This document shows, in pieces, positions 14,111 through 26,792 of a stretch of DNA of 64,000 nucleotides (its first letter is position 1; every line of letters begins with the position of its first letter). The DNA is from Octopus vulgaris (taxonomy: Eukaryota). Under the pieces are notes generated by a model. It was given only the letters and a program-made list of their open reading frames with translations, made no database searches and was not told the origin of the DNA. The DNA is taken from contig OX597832.1 in assembly GCA_951406725.2 (NCBI GenBank), forward strand, positions 46,748,001 through 46,812,000, read 5' to 3'. Position numbers and translations under genes: made by a program.

Positions 14111-14885
14111 CGCGGCGAGCTGGCAGTATCGTTAGCACGCCGGGCGAAATTCTTAACTGTATTTCGTCTGCCGTTACGTTCTGAGTTCAAATTCCACCGA
14201 GGTTGACTTTGCTTTTCATCCTTTAATTAAGTACCAGTTACGTACTGGGGTCGATGTAATCGACTTAATCCCTTTGTCTGTCCTTGTTTGTCCCCTCTGT
14301 TTTTAGCCCCTTGTGGGTAGTAAAGCAATAGATATTTTGTCTGCCGTTACATTCTGAGTTCAAATTCCGCCGAGGTTGACTTTGCCTTTCATCCTTTCGG
14401 GGTCGATAAATTAAGTACCAGTTATGTACTGAAGTCGATATAATCGACTTAATCCCTTTGTCTGTCCTTGTTTTGTCCCCTCTGTGTTTATCCCCTTGTG
14501 GGTAGTAAAGAAATTGGTATTTCGTCTGCCGTTACGTTCTAAGTTCAAATTCCACCGCGGTTGATTTTGCCTTTCATCCTTTCGGGGTCGATAAATTAAG
14601 TACCAGTTACGTACTGGGATCGATGTAATCGACTTAATCCCTTTGTCTGTCCTTGTTTGTCCCCTCTGTGTTTAGCCCCTTGTGGGTAGTAAAGCAATTG
14701 GTATTTCGTCTGCCGTTACGTTCTGAGTTCAAATTCCACCGCGGTTGATTTTGCCTTTCATCCTTTCGGGGTCGATAAATTAAGTACCAGTTACGTACTG
14801 GGATCGATGTAATCGACTTAATCCCTTTGTCTATCCTTGTTTGACCCCTCTATGTTTAGCCTCCTGTGGGCAATAAAGAAATAAG
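14111..14885 (+). mobile_element. SINE-B head-to-tail tetramer (period about 184-185 bp)
   Basis: One full head, then three units restarting at (g)gtatttcgtctgccg; junctions at about 14331, 14516 and 14700. Confidence 0.9.
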
Positions 14886-15292
14886 AATGAACGAGAGAGA
14901 AAGTGAGAGAGAAATATAGAAGGAAAGAAAGACACAGGTACTTTATTTATCGACCCTGATATGGCAACAGTAAAGGCGAAATTGTTTGTTATTTTAACGA
15001 TACTGTATACCCATGATGTCTAAACTATGATAGCTGCAGTCTGCTATATCTCTACCCTCGTCAGGTGCCGGCTACGCAATGTCAGTTTTGACCGAGTGGG
15101 ATCAACATAACTTTTCACGACTCCCAAATAGATACCTTCAATGTGTAGGCACATCACACTCGTATAACCAAGAGACAGTTTTCTCGAAAATTTTAAGGAC
15201 TCTCTGTACATATATGCGTACACACACAAGTTTGTACATACATAGAAACTAATGATTTGTAGTCACGCGGTATTTCGTTATGTAACCATATA

Positions 15293-15610
15293 GCGATAAA
15301 CGTCGCCCTTTTCAAGCCGAGCCAGGTTCATGGCCCGGGTTTCCCAGTTTCTATGGCGTATATGTTCCCCGCAGCTGGACTGGACGCCAGTCCATCGCAA
15401 CGTTACTCAAGAAACAGGAAGAGAGAGTGAGAGAAAGTTGTGGAGAAAGAGTACAACAGGGGTCGCCACCACCCCCTGCTGGAACCTCGGGGAGCTTTTA
15501 AGTGTTTTCGCTCAATAAACACACACAACGCCCGGTCTGGGAATGGAAACCGCGATCCTCCGACTGCGAGTCCGCTGCCCTAACCACTGGGCCATTGCGC
15601 ATTCACATAC
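15293..15610 (-). mobile_element. SINE-D with tail variant D1 (V-domain-like gcgatggactggcgtccagtccag); 9-bp TSD aaccatata
   Basis: tRNA-like head tggcccagtggttagggcagcggactcg; aaccatata at 15284-15292 and 15611-15619. Confidence 0.85.
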
Positions 15611-15700
15611 AACCATATAACATATGTAATATTGGTATATCCACCGCTATATATATAGTAGGCATTTAAGCAATGTGTTCGAGTATGATTAATGGATTAG

Positions 15701-15752
15701 ATGGGGGCTGATGAAGGGGTAAACCCCCACGAAATATGGCATATTCGCCCAT
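15701..15752 (+). ncRNA. Minimal type-I hammerhead ribozyme-like motif (probable Penelope-like element fragment)
   Basis: atggggg CTGATGA a gggg-taaa-cccc cac GAAA tatg-g-cata TT cgcccat: core, stem II, near-palindromic stem III, stem I 6/7 pairs. Confidence 0.65.
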
Positions 15753-15966
15753 AACACATTTTCATTGTTTTTTGACATCTGACGTCTTTTATACGAAACG
15801 GAGCAATAAAAATCAGTGCTGACGATAATTTCTATAGAATATCTATAGAAATAACCTGAACAAAGTAATACATATATACGTACGTACATACATACATACA
15901 TACATACATACATACATACATACATACATACATACATACATACATACATACGTACATACATACATA

Positions 15967-16061
15967 ATGGCTGCCCCCTCGTTATTGAGTATGGCCATTG
16001 CACGAAGCTTAACTGTTACTGGTGCTGTGATCGAATGTGACTTTTTAGCCCAGCTAAAGAT
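15967..16061 (-). mobile_element. RTE-clade LINE extreme 3' end
   Basis: SLAGLKSHIRSQHQ* (end of C2H2-like motif) plus short 3' UTR; (CATA)n on both sides. Confidence 0.65.
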
Positions 16062-16130
16062 CTATACATACATACATACATACATACATACATACATACA
16101 TACATACATACATACATACATGCATATATG

Positions 16131-16398
16131 ATGGCCGTCCACTCGTGACCGAGGAAGACCATTGCCGACCTTCAGGAACATTGTGCGTTCTAGGACTAAC
16201 TTATATTTTGCATTTGCGGCTCCGTTGGTGGCTAATGAGCCCTGCTCTTGACAAGCATACACGACTGCAAACATGACAGACCAAGCTTTCCCCATTCACT
16301 ATACGAGCCGTGCCCCTTCGCGCAGCTCGCTTAAGTTCTTCATGCTGGATACGTGCTCTCTCAAAAGTGTCGATCCCCTCCTTAACCTTAACCTTAAC
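16131..16398 (-). mobile_element. 5'-truncated RTE-clade LINE 3' end
   Basis: VKEGIDTFERARIQHEELKRAARRG...CHVCSRVCLSRAGLISHQRSRKCKI*, the typical RTE ORF C-terminus; (CATA)n on both sides. Confidence 0.85.
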
Positions 16399-16764
16399 AT
16401 ACATACATACATACATACATACATACATACATACATACATACATACATACATACATACATACATACATACATGCATACATACATACATACATACATACAT
16501 ACATACATACATACATACATACATACATACATACATACATACATACGACCTGCTAGAAATAACAACCACCTTTCTCACATATTCACAGTATCACCTTGTT
16601 TCGAATGTCCGACGCACGTCTCCCAGAGAGACAGGTCTACAGGGAACTGGAGGAAGCCAAGCTGCACGCAACGTGGACAGAAACCACAATCTTACGATCA
16701 TCAATCCAACACCCTAACCACTAGGCCACGCACCTCCACATCAATAGCAAATGTTAAACAATGT

Positions 16765-17178
16765 CAGGAGTACTGGCTGTGTGGTAAGTAGCTTGCTTAC
16801 CAATCACATGGTTCCGGGTTCAGTCCCACTGCGTGGCACCTTGGGCAAGTGTCTTCTGCTATAGCCTCGGGCCGACCAATGCCCTGTGAGTGGATTTGGT
16901 AGACGGAAACTGAAAGAAGCCTGTCGTATATATGTATATATATATATATGTGTGTGTGTGTATATGTTTGTGTGTCTGTGTTTGTCCCCCTATCATTGCT
17001 TGACAACCGATGCTGGTGTGTTTACGTCCCCGTCACTTAGCGGTTCAGCAAAAGAGACCGATAGAATAAGTACTGGGCTTACAAAGAATAATTCCCGGGG
17101 TCGATTTGTTCGACTAAAGGTGGTGCTCCAGCATGGCCGCAGTCAAATGACTGAAACAAGTAAAAGAGTAAAAGAGTA
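16765..17178 (+). mobile_element. SINE-A, near full length
   Basis: High identity to the other copies. Confidence 0.9.
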
Positions 17179-17470
17179 ATGGCAGAAAATAGAAATTACA
17201 TCAACAAGGTACTGAAAATTCCAAAGTCAAAATCATTCGACTCGATGGTGAACGCCTTAAAATACACTTAGTTCCCTATTACCACACATACAATTGGAGT
17301 ATTTTTGCATTAAAGGGTATCAAGGAAAGGTGTTAGCTTTTATCTCTTGTGTTCTTTCAGCTTCTTTACGTGTTTCAGCTTTTAGACTGCGGCCACGCTG
17401 GGGCACCGCTCCAAAAACTTTTGGTCGATCGAATCAACGCTACGACATATTTTTTAAATCTTGGGCATTA

Positions 17471-17860
17471 GGCGTAGGAGTGGCTGTGTGGTAAGTAGCT
17501 TGCTTACCAACCACATGGTTGCGGGTTCAGTTCCACTGCGTGGCACCTTGGGCAAGTGTCTTCTACTATAGCCTCGGGACGACCAAAGCTTTGTGAGTGG
17601 ATTTGGTAGATGGAAACTGAAAGAAGCCCGTCGTATATATGTATGTATATGTGTGTGTCTGTGTTTGTCCCTCCAGCATCGCTTGACAACCGATGCTGGT
17701 GTGTTTACGTCCCAGTAACTTAGAGGTTCGGCAAAAAAGGCTGATAAAATAAGTACTGGGCTTACAAAGAATAAGTCCTGGGGTTGATTTGCTCGACTCA
17801 AGGCGGTGCTCCAGCATGTCCACAGTCAAATGACTGAAACAAGTAAAAGAGTAAAGAGAG
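17471..17860 (+). mobile_element. SINE-A, full length, nested in an older antisense SINE-A tail (about 17370-17470 and 17861-17935)
   Basis: The flanks join into the reverse-complement SINE-A tail consensus. Confidence 0.85.
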
Positions 17861-18116
17861 TCTATCGGTCTATTTTTCCCGAACTGTTAAGTTACGAGGA
17901 CGCATGCGCACCAACATCGGTTGACAAACAGCGGGCGGGAACTTAGTGGTTATGCTGCTGAGCTCAAGAATGCAAGTGTGTGGGTTCGATTACCGGATCG
18001 AGGGAACGATAGATCAGGCGAAAGTACTTCATTTGACACTGTTCCCGAGCACTAAACAGTTAGGCTTCAGACATACCGGATTACGATACATGCATACGAT
18101 CTTAAATGTGTATATA

Positions 18117-18177
<61 letters not shown>

Positions 18178-18261
18178 TATATTAATATGTACACGAAACC
18201 ACATACACCTCGTCATATGTATCTATATATATGTGTGTGGAGGGGGTTACATACATATATG

Positions 18262-18326
<65 letters not shown>

Positions 18327-18476
18327 TCATATATATATTTATATATAGATAAAAATAAATATATGTATATATATACATTTGTAGATATACACATGAACAC
18401 ATATAAATAAATACATACATACATACATGTATATGTAAGTGTGTGTGTGTGTGTGTGTGTGTGGGCGTGTGTGTAC

Positions 18477-18536
<60 letters not shown>

Positions 18537-18734
18537 CAGCAGACATATATTCATAAACTAGTCAGCTAACCTACACAGGTGAAAAGAAAGCCATAATTTG
18601 ATATGCATACCTTCTACTTTGACACAGTACACCTACACAGAAGCGCGCACACGCAGAATTACACAAAGACGTATGAATTTTGGGGTCACAATTCATTTAT
18701 ACATAACACTTACATAAACTAGGTCGGTATGTAT

Positions 18735-18768
<34 letters not shown>

Positions 18769-18847
18769 CGGGGGAGAGAGAGAGAAAGAGAGAGAGAGAG
18801 ATGGGAGAGGGGAAAGAGCTATAAAACTAGCTAGCTTGCTTGCCAAC

Positions 18848-18920
<73 letters not shown>

Positions 18921-18921
18921 C

Positions 18922-18967
<46 letters not shown>

Positions 18968-19208
18968 AAAAATTGTTTAAATGTTGACATATAGTGCGCT
19001 AGCAACACAGAGTGTGGTCGGTAGACAGTAGAGAGAGAGAGAGAGAGGGAGAGACAAGTACGGAGAGCAGGAACGTGAGACAGACAGACAGACAGAAATG
19101 AAGAGAGAAAGGGAGAAAGAAAGAGACAGAGTTTGTGTGTGTGTTATACCTAGGTACATAGAGAGTAGGGGTAATTGGTTCGTATATATAGATATAGTAA
19201 AATGTTGC

Positions 19209-19390
19209 CAGGAGGCATATGACCTAGTGGTTAGAGCAGCGGACTCGCGGTCAAGGGATCGCGGGCTCGAATCTTACACCGAGCGTTAGGTGTGCTCATG
19301 TTTATGAGCAAAACACCTAAGCTCCACGCAGCTCCGGCAGAAGGTAATGGCGAACTTCTGCTGACTCTTTCGCCACAGCTTCCTCTCACT
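19209..19390 (+). mobile_element. SINE-D head
   Basis: ggaggcatatgacctagtggttagagcagcggactcgcggtc...aaaacacctaagctccacg. Confidence 0.75.
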
Positions 19391-20708
19391 TTGTGTGTGT
19401 GTGAGCACGCATATGTTCCTTATACATTCGAAAACTGATTTTGACGTATGTGGTGTCAAAAGATTCAGTAATCTTTCGGCTACCAAACAAACTTCATTTT
19501 CATTTACATATTTTCTACGTTATCGCAACAACCTGCTATAGTTATTCGAAAGACACTGCTCTACAACGGCCAGGTTTCACTTTCAATTTGAACCAAAATT
19601 ACAAAGTGTTGCATTACGAAAGTGACGCTGTCTGAATAATGCACGTAATGTTTATACGAATTAGTCACTCATTAAAAGAATCTCTATAAGTTATGTGGAA
19701 ATATAGTCACTACCCCCCCCCCACACACACACACACACTCTCTCTCTCTCTCTCTATCTATCTCTCTCTCTCTCTCTCTCTCTCAGGCACACGGACACGT
19801 ACACATACATGCAAAAAAATGTATGAATATGAAATTATGTACGTCTATATGAAAAATAATGTGTGTGAGAAAGTGAAAGAGTGCCACTTACACACACATG
19901 CAAAAAATACATACATGACAACACACACCTTCACTCTCTCTTTCTCTCTCTTTCTCTCAGTCTTACGCACCCGCACGCAGGCGCACACACATACACACAC
20001 GCACACGTCCATTTTATATACACGTACGTCCATCTTTCACTTTCTCCTCTCTTTCACTTCCTGCTCTCACTTCAGAGCAAATGTCACCTTTCCCTTTTCT
20101 CCTCTCTTTCCATCTCTGCTCTCTCCAAGAATAAAAAAATAAAATATTTTTACGGAATTTTACGAACAGTCATATGATCCCATATGATTGAGTCGACAAC
20201 TTTGCTATTTCAAATGAAAGAATGCCATAATATAACTTCCCTTGGTAGACGCGCGCACATACACACACACACACACACACTCTCTCTCTCTCTCTCTCTC
20301 TCTTTCCCTCTATCTCTCTCCATCTCTCTCTCTCTCTCAGTAAAACTTCTGTATGAATTATGTTATTTCTTGCTGTTGCACGCGCAAATTTCCAGCTCAA
20401 GTTCAATTGAAACGACATCTTTCCATTCTGTAGTTCGTATTTGTGATGAGCGTATTTAGAAAACTGATCTTCGATATAAACTTAAAGGGAAGTCTTCCCA
20501 GAAATCCTGTCCTTTACCTATTGTTTCTAGCATGTTTGAGGTGACATTTACGCCTCATCCTTTATTTTTTCCTAATTTTCTTCCGGTTCTTATGTTTTCG
20601 ATTCAGGATTTCCCGCCAAAAACACGTTCTAAATATTTTATCCTTCCCCAACCCCAAATAATACATGTGGCTGTATGTCATAAAACAGGGCAACACCGGG
20701 ATGCCTGT

Positions 20709-20747
<39 letters not shown>

Positions 20748-20794
20748 CTGTGTGTGTGAGTGTGTATAGTCGCCATGCTTGACTGCTAAATGCA

Positions 20795-20930
20795 CAAGTT
20801 TTTCTACTTCTCCCTCTGTTTATTTTCTCTTATTCCTCCCTATTGAATAGCGTAGGCTCGAAACGTAATACACCTGTTTGTTGTTCGTACACCTGTCTTC
20901 GTCTTTTGTTTTCCTGTAAATTTCAAATAT
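20795..20930 (+). mobile_element. Probable Penelope-like terminal-repeat fragment with decayed hammerhead (same family as 38375-38575)
   Basis: ctattgaatagcgtaggctcGAAAcgTAa at 20840-20868 and downstream acacctgtcttcgtcttttgtt match the reverse complement of 38375-38509. Confidence 0.6.
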
Positions 20931-20991
20931 ACATACATACATACTTACACACATATATATATATTAAATATTTAGCAGAAGCAACAGAGTG

Positions 20992-21030
20992 ACTGAAGGA
21001 CCGAGGGTTTCGTGCGTTGGCACTTATCAA
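20992..21030 (-). ncRNA. Hammerhead-like core, U3-A8 variant, stem I not evident
   Basis: Minus strand TTGATAA gtgc-caac-gcac GAAA cc-ctc-gg TC. Confidence 0.45.
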
Positions 21031-21106
21031 ATAAGTTTAATAGAAAATATAGATATGCTCGGCACATATTTTCAATTCTACTTTTCCTGTTTTCGTCACC
21101 ATCACT

Positions 21107-21179
<73 letters not shown>

Positions 21180-21182
21180 TAT

Positions 21183-21350
21183 ACGACGGGCTTCTTTCAG
21201 TTTCAGTCTACCAAATCCACTCACAAAGCTTTGGTCAACCCAAGGCTATAGATAGTAGAAGTCACTTGCCTAAGGTACCACGCAGTGGGACTGAACCCGG
21301 AACCATGTGGTTGGTAAGCTAGCTACTTACCACACAGCCACTCCTACGCC
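21183..21350 (-). mobile_element. SINE-A head half
   Basis: Reverse-complement head ending at internal (TA)n. Confidence 0.85.
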
Positions 21351-21654
21351 TTGTTGTTTCATAAAAAAATATTCTCTCGCAGATGTCATTTTCTTTGGGT
21401 CCCATTTCCCCCCCCCATTTCGGCTTATTTTATTGTTTCGTTTAGTATTTATGGTTTTGTACTTTCCATATTATTATTTTTTTTATTCCATATCTATAAT
21501 TATCCCAGGCAATTCTCTCGTTAATAATTTCCCACCAATATATATGTCAGTTGAAAGGCACAAACAGTTTGTAACATCTGTAACGTAGTTTTACACACAC
21601 ACACACATAAAGATATATACGTGTATGTGTATGTATGCATATGTATTTATATGC

Positions 21655-21717
<63 letters not shown>

Positions 21718-21909
21718 CATGTAAGTTAAGTTTTTTTGTTAAGTTTAGTTGTAAAGAGAGACAGAGTAAGTGAGAGAGTGAAGAGAAGCGAAGAGATAAA
21801 TATAGCTATATAGACGTTTATTTATATACACGCAAACATACATATACTAATAACATGCAGATAATAAAGATCGAAAGTCCTTTCTCGTATTCTCTGGTGT
21901 ATGTGTGTG

Positions 21910-21940
<31 letters not shown>

Positions 21941-21941
<1 letters not shown>

Positions 21942-21987
21942 AAACTGTCCGACGAACGAGAACTTGAAACTCGGAGTAACAGCTTTT
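21941..21987 (+). ncRNA. Decayed minimal hammerhead motif (U4>C)
   Basis: aaaactgt CCGACGA acgagaactt GAAA ctc-g-gag TA acagctttt; stems I and III pair; lies between (CA)n and (TA)n. Confidence 0.5.
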
Positions 21988-22039
21988 GTCGTATTTCAGC
22001 TACTTTTGAATAAAGTATATATATATATATATATATTCT

Positions 22040-22373
22040 GAGACCCCCTTCGGTCACGACACAGACCATGGGATTGCACCTAGAAAGTTACTCGCGCAGT
22101 CCGGGCAAGTTTGTTTATGGAAGACCAGCAGTCGCCCATGCACACCGGCCTCCACTCTCCACGCCACCAGTGTTATCCAAGGGAAAGGCAAAGGTGCCGA
22201 TACAGCTTGGCACCTGTGACGTCGCAACTCATTTCTACAGCTGAGTGAACTGTAGCAACGTGAAATAAAGTGTTCTTGCTCAAGAACACAACACGCAGCC
22301 CGGTCCGAGAATCGAGCTCACAACCTCACGATCGTAAACTCGACGCTCTAACCACTGAGCCATGCGCCTTCAC
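22040..22373 (-). mobile_element. SINE-C, full length (tRNA-derived)
   Basis: Head gtgaaggcgcatggctcagtggttagagcg; tail gaccgaagggggtctc; homologous to 26377-26699 and 54881-55200. Confidence 0.9.
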
Positions 22374-23066
22374 ATAACATGTATGTAGGTATATTTGCGC
22401 GCGTGTGTGTGTGAACCGAAGCAGAAACACATAAACACACCCAATAATAATCTGGATACATGTGCACTGTCGTATGTATATCAGTGTAGCATACGAAGCG
22501 AATATATTGAAGGCTTTATAACTAAAACACCAGTGAATACCCTCGTTATTACACAGCGATGTATTAATAGACGCCCCTTGATATATGAACTAGATTTACA
22601 CAATAGTATGTATTATCTTACCGTGTTTTTTGTGTGTCCACACACAAATATACATGTACATATATACCTTAGAAATATTTATACAATATGAACCAAAGAA
22701 ATAGTCTCCACACAACAATATGTTTGTATGACATAACAGAAATTACAGTTGAATTTCACCATATTGCAGCAGGCTGTCTTTTTTTTTAAAAAAACGAACT
22801 CAATGATCGTAGGTGCATATACAAAAGTGTATAAATATTTATAGATTGAATATATTTTTGATCATAAATCTGGTCAGACAGGTTTGACTCAGGGTTATAT
22901 AACATGGGCAGTTTGAAAGTGCTTGTTATATGCGCTGGGGTATTACATAATACTTTTTCAGTACCCACCGACACACACGAGCACACAAACACGCACAACA
23001 AAATCATATGCGTACATTTGCAGAAATCCATACGAACACACATATACAGACTATATAGACTTCCCC

Positions 23067-23111
<45 letters not shown>

Positions 23112-23265
23112 GTGGTAAAGCTTCAACAGGTATCATGAAATAGTTAAGAGAGTAAATATAATGTTATAAATAAAACCACAAGTCTTGTGAAATACAGCTA
23201 TCATTTACCATGGGTTGTAGTATTTATTATAACCAAATATATTTTTATAGGTAATATTATATGTA

Positions 23266-23362
<97 letters not shown>

Positions 23363-23679
23363 GCACATACATATATATGTTTGTATGTATGTATCTGTAT
23401 GTATGTATGTATGTATTTATGTCTACAGGGCTTTTTGAAAGCCAGTTAGACAAATTCGTTCAAGTTGGTTCCCGCGCTAAAACTGGGCCCAGCGCACACG
23501 CTCGAGCGGTGGGCGCTAGACTGAATTAAGTCCTTTGACTGCGTCAAATAAAAATATCAACATGATTCTCTCCATTGTTGCGTGTGATAAGCGGATTTAC
23601 GCCTTGACTTTAAAAAGTTATCTATAAAAAAAAGGCTTTAACAAAAAGCTTGAAAGGATTCTCAGATAAAACAGAAAGA

Positions 23680-24112
23680 GGCGCAGGTGTGGCTGTGTGG
23701 TAAATAGCTTACTAACCAACAACATGGTTTCGGGTTCAGTCCCACTGCGTGGTATCTTGGGCAAGTGTCTTCTGCTATAGCCCCGGGCCGACCAATGCCT
23801 TGTGAGTGGATTTGGTAGACGGAAACTGAAAGAAGCCTGTCGTATATATGTATATATATGTATATATGTGTATGTGTGCGTGTTTGTGTGCGTGTTTGTG
23901 TGTGTGTGTGTTTGTCCCCCCACCATCGCTTGACAACCGATGCTGGTGTGTTTATGTCCCCGTCACTTAGCGGTTCGGCAAAAGAGACCGATAGAATAAG
24001 TACTGGGCTTACAAAGAATAAGTCCCGGGGTCGATTTGCTCGACTAAAGGTGGTGCTCCAGCATGGCCGCAGTCAAATGACTGAAACAAGTAAAAGAGAA
24101 AAGATAAGAGAT
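23680..24112 (+). mobile_element. SINE-A, full length
   Basis: Absent from the paralogous duplicated copy. Confidence 0.9.
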
Positions 24113-24509
24113 AAAGAAGACAAGCCTGTTTTTAGAAGACCCATTCATAAACAGTATGTTAGTAATTATCCTTACTAGTAATAAAACATTAGACCTTTCA
24201 TATGAGCTTTAAATTTTTAGTATATCATTGCGGCTAATTGTTGAACATCAAGCCCTCAACGCTTTTTGGCTGGGATCGGCTTAGTACACGAAGCGTAAAC
24301 CACCAAGTTTCTGCTTTTGTAGAGTAGATGACCCCACTCATAATTCTCAAATATATGATGGACTCACCTTGAAAGGCTTCTCAGATAAAATAGAAAGAGA
24401 AGAAAAGCCTGTTTTTAGAAGACCCATTCATAAACAGTATGTTAGTAATTATCCTTACTAGTAATAAAACATTAAACCTTTCATATGAGCTTAAAATTTT
24501 TAGTATATC

Positions 24510-24731
24510 TATTTCTTTACTACCCACAAGGGGTTAAACATAGAGAAGACAAACAAGGACAGACAATCGGATTATGTCAATTATATCGACCCCAGTGCGG
24601 AACTGGTACTTATTTAATCGACCCCGAAAGGATGAAAGGCAAAGTCGACCTCGGCGGAATTTGAACTCAGAACGTAACGGCAGACGAAATACGGCTACGC
24701 ATTTCGCCCGGCGTGCTAACGTTTCTGCCAG
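24510..24731 (-). mobile_element. SINE-B
   Basis: Absent from the paralogous duplicated copy. Confidence 0.9.
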
Positions 24732-25229
24732 TGCGGCTAATTGTTGAGCATGAAGCCCTCAACGCTTTTTGGCTGGGATCGGCTTAGTACACGAAGCATA
24801 AACCACCGAGCTTCTGCGTTTGTAGAGTAGATGGCCCCACTGATAATTCTCAAATATATGATGGACTCCCCTGTCGTTCAAGGACGGATGAGGGTTCCGC
24901 AGTTTCTTGCTGAACAACTACAAATATGGTTTGTTTATAGTGATCAAATATTTGTGCTTATTTAATTAAGTCCGCTCCTTCCATCATATAGGCATCGCAT
25001 GTTCATGTGCACAAGTTTACCACAGGTCATATGTCGCAATGGTCGCAAAGCAACGTGAAATTAAGTGCATTGCTTAAGAACGCAACCAGCCGCCCGGTCT
25101 GGATATCGAACCCAAGATCTGGCGATCGTGAGTGCAACGACACTTCAGCTCCGGGCCACGCATCTTCACGCTAAACGCAGTCTTAATACAGTCTACAGGA
25201 ATCTCCCAATCATTTTAGAATAAGGTATA

Positions 25230-25330
<101 letters not shown>

Positions 25331-26376
25331 ACATACATGACCTACAGCCGCATTCTGTTATTATTTGTTCCTTTCTTATGGGCAGAATCAGCCCACGAGG
25401 AGTAAGAAGCAAACAACTTTTCTTTATAAACAGGTTTCTCGGGGGTTTGTTTCTGATTAACAATGCTGAAATGTTTTGACACGAAAGACATGTACAATGG
25501 CAGCTTTGATTAGAAGGAAATCCTAACATTGCCCCCAAAATGATCTCAAAATTATGCGACCCAACCTCGTTTTGGTGTTAATTTTTACAGTAAAATAGGC
25601 TTGCTGTGCAAAAAACTTACTTAACCCTAATAGCCGAAAGAGTGCTCAATCTTTTGATATCTCAGAAAGCAATATTGGCAACTCAGTTTCATGGCTACAA
25701 ATCGGGTAATGTAGAAGATGAAATAGCTCTTACCAGTCCCGTATTTGTTGATAACTGTGAACATAGCTTCGAAAGGCCATGTCCAAAAGTATTATGGTTT
25801 TCTGCAAGCATATCTGTTATCAGATTATGACAACGTTGAGACCAACAGAATAAAAAGAGACTTTCTCGACTGTATATGTACATATATAAGGATATGAGTA
25901 AACAGGGTTAGCGATGTGGGCAGTTTGGATAAGTGTATAGGGACGCTGTGTTTCTTGAAAATAGTTGAAAAGTTTTAGTTATTGCTTCACGTCTTTACCA
26001 CACATGAACGAATGTAGGCTCTTACTGTGCTTAATCTTTGGGGATACTTTTAATGAATTTAAAACCGAGAACGCTCCTTTGGCATTCCTGAGTCGTTTGC
26101 TACCAAGAAAATTTACATGGACAAATTTTTTTCGGTAGTAATGCCAGAAGAGGTCATAATTTGCAACGTAGATTAGAAGCAAGTCCAAATATTGTCCGAG
26201 GTTAATTTTGTAGTAAAGGAAAAAGAACGTGCAAAAAGAAAAAGAAACATACTTTATTCGGTGTCTAAAAGATTATTGAATTTTTTGATATTTCATACAT
26301 CAAAGTCGGCTACTCAGTTTTCGAATCCATAAGGAAATACGCACCACACACCCACAAACTCGGTTATATATATTTT

Positions 26377-26694
26377 GAGACCCCCTTCGGCCACGACACT
26401 GACCATGGGATTGCACCTAGAAAGTTACCGGGCAAGGTTGTTTATGGAAGACTAGCAGTCACCCATGCATACCGGCCTCTCCTCTCCACGCTACCAGTGT
26501 TATCCAAGGGAAAGGCAAAGGGCCCGATACAGCTTGGCATTATTGACGTCGCAACTCATTTCTACAGCTGAGTGAACTGGAGCAACGTGAAATAAAGTGT
26601 CTTCCTCAAGAACACAACACGCAGCCCGGTCCGGAATTCGAGCTCACAACCTCGCGATCGTAAGCTCGACGCTCTAACCACTGAGCTATGTGCC

Positions 26695-26699
<5 letters not shown>
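26377..26699 (-). mobile_element. SINE-C, full length
   Basis: Homologous to 22040-22373. Confidence 0.9.
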
Positions 26700-26761
<62 letters not shown>

Positions 26762-26792
26762 TAATGTATGTGGGTCGGTCTGTCTATGGGAC

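Larger units (their letters stand above)
23649..24868 (+). repeat. Local tandem duplication of a ~290-bp unit; each copy later interrupted by a different SINE
   Basis: cttgaaagg.ttctcagataaaa...atatatgatggactc occurs at 23649-24367 and 24368-24868. Confidence 0.9.

Noticed and set aside
16381-16398. (cttaac)3 as an interstitial telomere
   Set aside because: The unit is TTAAGG rather than TTAGGG and continues the RTE reading frame; better explained as junction slippage
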